A stretch of 64,000 bases of DNA. It comes from Candidatus Eiseniibacteriota bacterium (GTDB taxonomy: Bacteria > Eisenbacteria > RBG-16-71-46 > CAZAMP01). This document shows, in pieces, positions 59,940 to 64,000 of the stretch. A program made the translations under genes and the position numbers. Under the pieces are notes generated by a model. That model worked only from the letters and a program-made list of their open reading frames with translations. It ran no database searches and was not told the origin of the DNA. Location: contig OZ245046.1 in NCBI GenBank assembly GCA_965224245.1, positions 4,160,001 to 4,224,000 of the forward strand. Direction: 5' to 3'. Numbering within the stretch: position 1 is the first letter of the stretch; each line of letters opens with the position of its first letter.

Positions 59940-60395
59940 CTAGCCCCCTCGCGACGCGCGCTCGACGATCTCGGCCCGCTTCAATTCGCGCAGGAGTCCG
60001 ACGAACCGATCCGCGCGCACCGAGTCCCCGGCGGCGAACGCGTCGGCGGCGCCGGCGGCGAGCGCCCGCACGAGACGCTCGCGAACGATCGGCGCGAGCT
60101 CGAGCGTGATCCACTCCGACTGCCACAGCTCGATCAGCGGCTCGGCGGCCGCGATCGCGTTTCCCTGATCGAAGGCGGCGTCGGAGGCGGCGAGGGTCCG
60201 CGCCACCGCTCGGGGGAGCCCGGCGGCACCGGCTGGGAGCGCCTCGGTTTCAGCGGCGTCCGGTGACCGGTCGCGGTCCGAGCGCAGGGCGGGCACGCCG
60301 ACGTACAGGATGCCCGACAGCACGAGGAGCGCTCCGATCAGGAGGAGCGCCGGCCCGGCCTGGGGTGATCGGGGGCGTCCCATCACGAGGTCCAC
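59940..60395 (-). CDS. Hypothetical membrane-anchored protein
   Basis: N-terminal TM helix followed by a helical Ala-rich domain. Confidence 0.55.
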   Translation of the reverse strand: MDLVMGRPRSPQAGPALLLIGALLVLSGILYVGVPALRSDRDRSPDAAETEALPAGAAGLPRAVARTLAASDAAFDQGNAIAAAEPLIELWQSEWITLELAPIVRERLVRALAAGAADAFAAGDSVRADRFVGLLRELKRAEIVERASRGG

Positions 60396-60589
60396 TCCAG
60401 GGTCACACGATCCTCCCCGCTTCGTGGCCCGACCCGACCGCCACGCCCGCCGCCCGGGGCGGGCTCCCCACGACCCCGCGGATGGACGCGTTTGCCCACC
60501 CCCGAGCGCGTGAGATACGATCGTCCATCTGGCTCCTCGACCGAGCCCTGATCCCAGCCCGTCTCTCGCGCCGGAGGATCCCGCTCGAC

Positions 60590-62284
60590 ATGGCCCATAC
60601 CCTCACTGGCACCGTCCAGGGACAGCGCGTCCGGCACACCGTCAACGACGAGCCGATCACCATCGGCCGCTCCGGCACCTGCACGATCAACGTGCCCGCG
60701 CTCTCGGTCTCGCGCGAGCACGCCCGGGTCAGCCTCGTCGACGATCGCGTCACGGTCGAGGACCTCGGCTCGCGCAACGGCACCTGGGTCAACGGCAATC
60801 GCATCGCCGGCCGGACCACGCTGAACGCGGCCGATACCATCGAGATCGGCGGCGTGGTGTTCGAGCTGGAGTCCGATGATGCGGCCCCGAAGACGATCTT
60901 CGCCCAGGAGACCGAGATGGGCACCAGCTCAACGGTCAACTGGAAGGAGATCTACGGCGGCATCTCCACGGGCACCGGCACCGCCGCGGCCTACCGGAAG
61001 CTGAACCTCTTCCAGGTGCTGGCCGAGGCCGGAGAGCTGCTGACCTCGCAGCGCCCGCTAGAGGAGCTCTTCGAGGTGACCCTGGACCTCGTCGAGAAGG
61101 GCGTCTCGGCCGAGCGGACGGTGCTCCTCCTCATCGAGGAGGGCGGATCCGAGCCGGTCGTGAAGGCGCACCGGACCAGGCAGGGCCAGACGACCGATCA
61201 GATCATGCTCAGCAAGACGATGGTCGAGAAGGTCGTCACCGAGCGGTCGTCCATCCTGACCCACGACGCGAAGGCCGACCCGCGGTTCGAGAAGCAGCAG
61301 TCGATCATCCTCCAGGGCACGCGCTCGGCCATGGCGGCGCCGCTGTTCGACAACGAGAACGTGGTCGGCGTGCTCTATGCCGATACCACCGACGTGACGA
61401 TGCGCTACTCCAAGGACGAGCTCCGCACGTTCACGATTCTCGCGAACCTCGTGGGCGTGAAGATCACCCAGGCGCGCGCGGCCGCCGCCCACGAGGCCAA
61501 CCGGCGCATGGAGCAGGAGCTGGCCACCGCGAAAGGGATCCTGGAGAGCATCCTGCCCGACCGGCTCGACGGCGCGGAGGGATACGAGTTCCACCACTTC
61601 CAGGAACCGTGTCTGACCGTGGGCGGCGATCTCTACGACGCCCGGAAGCTCCCCGACGGGCGCATCGCGATCGTCATGGGTGACGTCACCGGGAAGGGCC
61701 TCGGCGCGGCGCTCCTGGTCTCGAACATCATGGCCAGCCTGACGCTCCTCATCGAGGACGTCGACGATCCCGTGGACCTGGTCACACGGCTCAACCGGCA
61801 GGTGTACCGGTGCACCGACATGGTGCACTCCGCGACGTTCTTCTTCGGCGTCCTCGATCCCGCCACCGGCTCGATCTCGTACGTCAACGCCGGACACAAC
61901 CCACCGCTCCTCGTGGACCCCTCGGGCGCGATCCGCGAGATCGAGTCCACGGGCGTGCCGGTCGGCATGTTCGAGGACATGCCCTACGAGCGCGGCACGG
62001 TGGAGCTCACGCACGGCGCGTTCCTGACGCTTTACTCAGACGGCATTCCGGACGCCGAGGCGCCCGACGGCGCCGACTACGGGATGGAGCGGCTGGAGAC
62101 GGTCCTCCGGACCGAGCGCGAGAAGCCGGCGCGCGACATCGTCGGGGCGATGCACCGCGACGTGAAGACGTTCCTGCAGCACAACCTGCCGAACGACGAC
62201 GTGACGATCCTGCTCGTGCGGCGGCTACCGCCGAGCCAGGCGAGTGGTGCGGACGAGGTCACGCATCGTAGCGTCGGGGTTTGA
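60590..62284 (+). CDS. FHA-GAF-SpoIIE (PP2C-type) phosphatase
   Basis: FHA (IGR..., VSREHA, DLGSRNGT); GAF (RSAMAAPL...GVLYAD); PP2C (VGGDLYD, GDVTGKG, NAGH, YSDG, DDVT). Confidence 0.93.
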   Translation: MAHTLTGTVQGQRVRHTVNDEPITIGRSGTCTINVPALSVSREHARVSLVDDRVTVEDLGSRNGTWVNGNRIAGRTTLNAADTIEIGGVVFELESDDAAPKTIFAQETEMGTSSTVNWKEIYGGISTGTGTAAAYRKLNLFQVLAEAGELLTSQRPLEELFEVTLDLVEKGVSAERTVLLLIEEGGSEPVVKAHRTRQGQTTDQIMLSKTMVEKVVTERSSILTHDAKADPRFEKQQSIILQGTRSAMAAPLFDNENVVGVLYADTTDVTMRYSKDELRTFTILANLVGVKITQARAAAAHEANRRMEQELATAKGILESILPDRLDGAEGYEFHHFQEPCLTVGGDLYDARKLPDGRIAIVMGDVTGKGLGAALLVSNIMASLTLLIEDVDDPVDLVTRLNRQVYRCTDMVHSATFFFGVLDPATGSISYVNAGHNPPLLVDPSGAIREIESTGVPVGMFEDMPYERGTVELTHGAFLTLYSDGIPDAEAPDGADYGMERLETVLRTEREKPARDIVGAMHRDVKTFLQHNLPNDDVTILLVRRLPPSQASGADEVTHRSVGV

Positions 62285-62551
62285 GGGCCGCGCGCTTTTC
62301 ACCGTCCACCAGCTTCGACTCTCTCGCGAAACTTCGGACGTGGACGGAGCTTCTCGGCCGCGAGTTCCGGACCGGTCTCCGGATTCTGACGACCCCGTGC
62401 GGGATGACCAACCGAGGGCGCAGAGTGGAGAGGATCGGATACGGATTCGCGAGGGCAAACGAATGCGGTGCTCCTCAGAACCAGCGCCGGGGGGAACCCA
62501 CGAAAGTAGCGAGGTCGCACCGCATTCGAGATCAATCTGTCGTCGAGCCAA

Positions 62552-62578
62552 CGTCCGGCGGGCATCGCTCGCCGGACG
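62552..62578 (-). terminator. Hairpin downstream of the tonB-like gene
   Basis: cgtccggcgggc / gctcgccggacg 12-bp inverted repeat with one non-Watson-Crick pair. Confidence 0.45.
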
Positions 62579-62611
62579 CGTGCCCGGACACCGTCGCCGG
62601 GTCCGGTACCG

Positions 62612-63253
62612 TCACAACGTGAACACGAACTCCAGTCGCGCCCGGCACGTCACGGGGCGATGCCCCTGACGCGCCGGTCGAAACGTCCATCGCCGCGCCG
62701 CGTCGAGTGCCGCGTCCTCGAGCACGCCGATCGTGTCCGAGGACGAGATCTCCGCCGCGATCACGCGTCCCTTGCGATCGATCGTCACCTCCACGATCAC
62801 CGTCCCCGTCGCCTCCGCGCGCCGCGCCATCTCGGGATACGCCGGCTCCACGTGCGAGAGCACCGCCGGCGGATCGCTCGGGCCGTTCTGCCAGGGCCCG
62901 AGCCCGGCGTCGTCACCGCCGAGCGTGCGAGAGTCCAGCCCCGGCGGCTCCGGCGGCTCCGGCGGATCGGGCGGGTCGGGCGCCTCGGGGTCTTCGACCG
63001 GATCCATCGGCAAGAGGACGTCGGCGTCCGGCTCCCGGACCTCGGGACGGATGACGACCTTCTCCTCCGGCAAGCGGTAGTCCACCGCACGCGTCGGCGG
63101 CTTCGCCGGGATCAGCGACGCCTCGGCGCGATTGCCCGCGCCCGTGAAGATCGGCGGGCCGAAGAAGATCACGACGACGTGAACCGACAGCGCCGCCATC
63201 AGGGCGTGTATCCCTCGCTTCGCTACGGTGCGGCGGTCGGCGATTACCTTCAC
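62612..63253 (-). CDS. TonB family energy transducer
   Basis: TM with SVH motif, Pro-rich spacer, PAYPEMARR...GTVIVEV.I...G.V...AALDAARRWTFRPA. Confidence 0.88.
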   Translation of the reverse strand: MKVIADRRTVAKRGIHALMAALSVHVVVIFFGPPIFTGAGNRAEASLIPAKPPTRAVDYRLPEEKVVIRPEVREPDADVLLPMDPVEDPEAPDPPDPPEPPEPPGLDSRTLGGDDAGLGPWQNGPSDPPAVLSHVEPAYPEMARRAEATGTVIVEVTIDRKGRVIAAEISSSDTIGVLEDAALDAARRWTFRPARQGHRPVTCRARLEFVFTL

Positions 63254-63332
63254 GGGAGTCTCCGTACGTGTCTGGCGGTAACCGGGGGACCTCGGGCGCG
63301 CGACGCCGCCGGTCCAACGTCACACACGTGAC

Positions 63333-63350
63333 AATGCACCCGGAGTGCCA
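63333..63350 (-). promoter_or_regulatory. Putative sigma54 (-24/-12) promoter
   Basis: Minus strand TGGCACTCCGGGTGCATT, GG-N10-GC, ~80 nt upstream of the tonB-like start. Confidence 0.6.
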
Positions 63351-63561
63351 GAACCGAGCGATGGCGTAACTCGTTCTCTCGACGGTCCGCATGTCGCCAC
63401 CGGCGCCGCGACGGGACGGCGCGGTGTGGGTACCGCGGGACCCACTCCGTCACCGGGAGGGCAGACAATCGACTCGATGACAAGGAGTTGGTGGATGGGA
63501 CGTTCGTACCCACCGCGAGCGGGAACCGTGGGACGGTGGAGGACGAGGCGAGCGGTGGTGC

Positions 63562-63587
63562 GCGGGCGGACCCGGAGGTCCGCCCGC
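63562..63587 (-). terminator. Hairpin after the FlgD-Ig gene
   Basis: Perfect 11-bp stem gcgggcggacc / ggtccgcccgc with 4-nt loop. Confidence 0.55.
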
Positions 63588-63593
63588 ACGCGA

Positions 63594-64000
63594 TCACGGC
63601 AGAACGGCCGCGGTGCGCGTGACCACGCGCCCCCCCACGTCGAGCTTCACGACGTACACGCCAGCGGCCACGCGCCGGTGGCGATCGTCGCGTCCGTTCC
63701 ACACGACGCGATGCGTGCCGCCGGGGCGGACACCGTCGAGGATCGACGCCACGCGGCGCCCGCCGGCCTCGTACACGCTCACGCGCACATGCTCGTCGGA
63801 CTCGAGCGTGAACGACACGGTGGTGCGCGCGCGGAGCGGGTTCGGTCCCAGATCCAGCGCGAACGGAAGCGGCGTTGCACCCGGGTGCACGGCGACCACG
63901 TCGTCGATCCGGATCCGATAGAGCCCGCCGGTCGCGCCCGAGCCGTCGCTCGCCGACGCCCACAGCCACTCGGGCGCCAGGGGATGGATCGTCAGGTCCA
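63594..64000 (-). CDS. C-terminal part of a secreted protein with FlgD-Ig domain (5' end beyond window)
   Basis: GPNP...VYEAGGRRVA...WNGRDD...AGVYVVK. Confidence 0.8.
   Translation of the reverse strand, partial: DLTIHPLAPEWLWASASDGSGATGGLYRIRIDDVVAVHPGATPLPFALDLGPNPLRARTTVSFTLESDEHVRVSVYEAGGRRVASILDGVRPGGTHRVVWNGRDDRHRRVAAGVYVVKLDVGGRVVTRTAAVLP

Noticed and set aside
62466-62480. CTGAGGAG on the minus strand resembling a hammerhead ribozyme core
   Set aside because: No stem II followed by GAAA at a suitable position
62476-62510. CCGGGGGGAACCCA resembling the 5' part of a c-di-AMP (ydaO) riboswitch, and nearby GGCAAAC resembling c-di-GMP-I
   Set aside because: The remaining conserved elements are absent and the region is not upstream of a same-strand gene
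62938-62990. Short tandem 9-nt repeats (cggcggctc)
   Set aside because: Encode the Pro-rich PPE/PPD spacer of TonB; not a CRISPR array or independent repeat
1-64000. Mobile elements, prophage or anti-phage defence genes
   Set aside because: No transposase, integrase, reverse transcriptase, Cas, nuclease or phage structural motifs recognised, and no large composition shift by eye

Overview
This is a gene-dense, high-GC (roughly 70% by eye) bacterial window with about 49 CDSs and no rRNA, tRNA, CRISPR array or transposase that I can support. Housekeeping genes are carA-carB, fbaB, tkt-rpiB, ggt and a selenocysteine-containing selD that the ORF track missed (in-frame TGA plus a SECIS-like hairpin). 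The window is unusually rich in secreted proteins carrying three different C-terminal tags: FlgD-Ig/T9SS-CTD-like domains (8 proteins), a short 'SW(G/S)x(I/L)(K/R)xx(Y/W)' tail (2 genes plus an orphan remnant) and one PEP-CTERM. This pattern suggests an Eisenbacteria/Krumholzibacteriota/Latescibacterota-like FCB-group organism (inference). The most notable items are: an FG-GAP propeller fused to a D-Ala-D-Ala carboxypeptidase and a CTD; a legumain-like C13 protein with Ser at the catalytic Cys position, fused to TPRs; a CydA/CydA'-like pair with a fused c-type heme; an ECF sigma-Ser/Thr kinase pair next to surface lipoproteins; a sensor kinase lacking its His; two near-identical sigma54-type promoters; and a structured intergenic segment between convergent genes. 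Products were assigned from motif recognition by eye, with no database searches.
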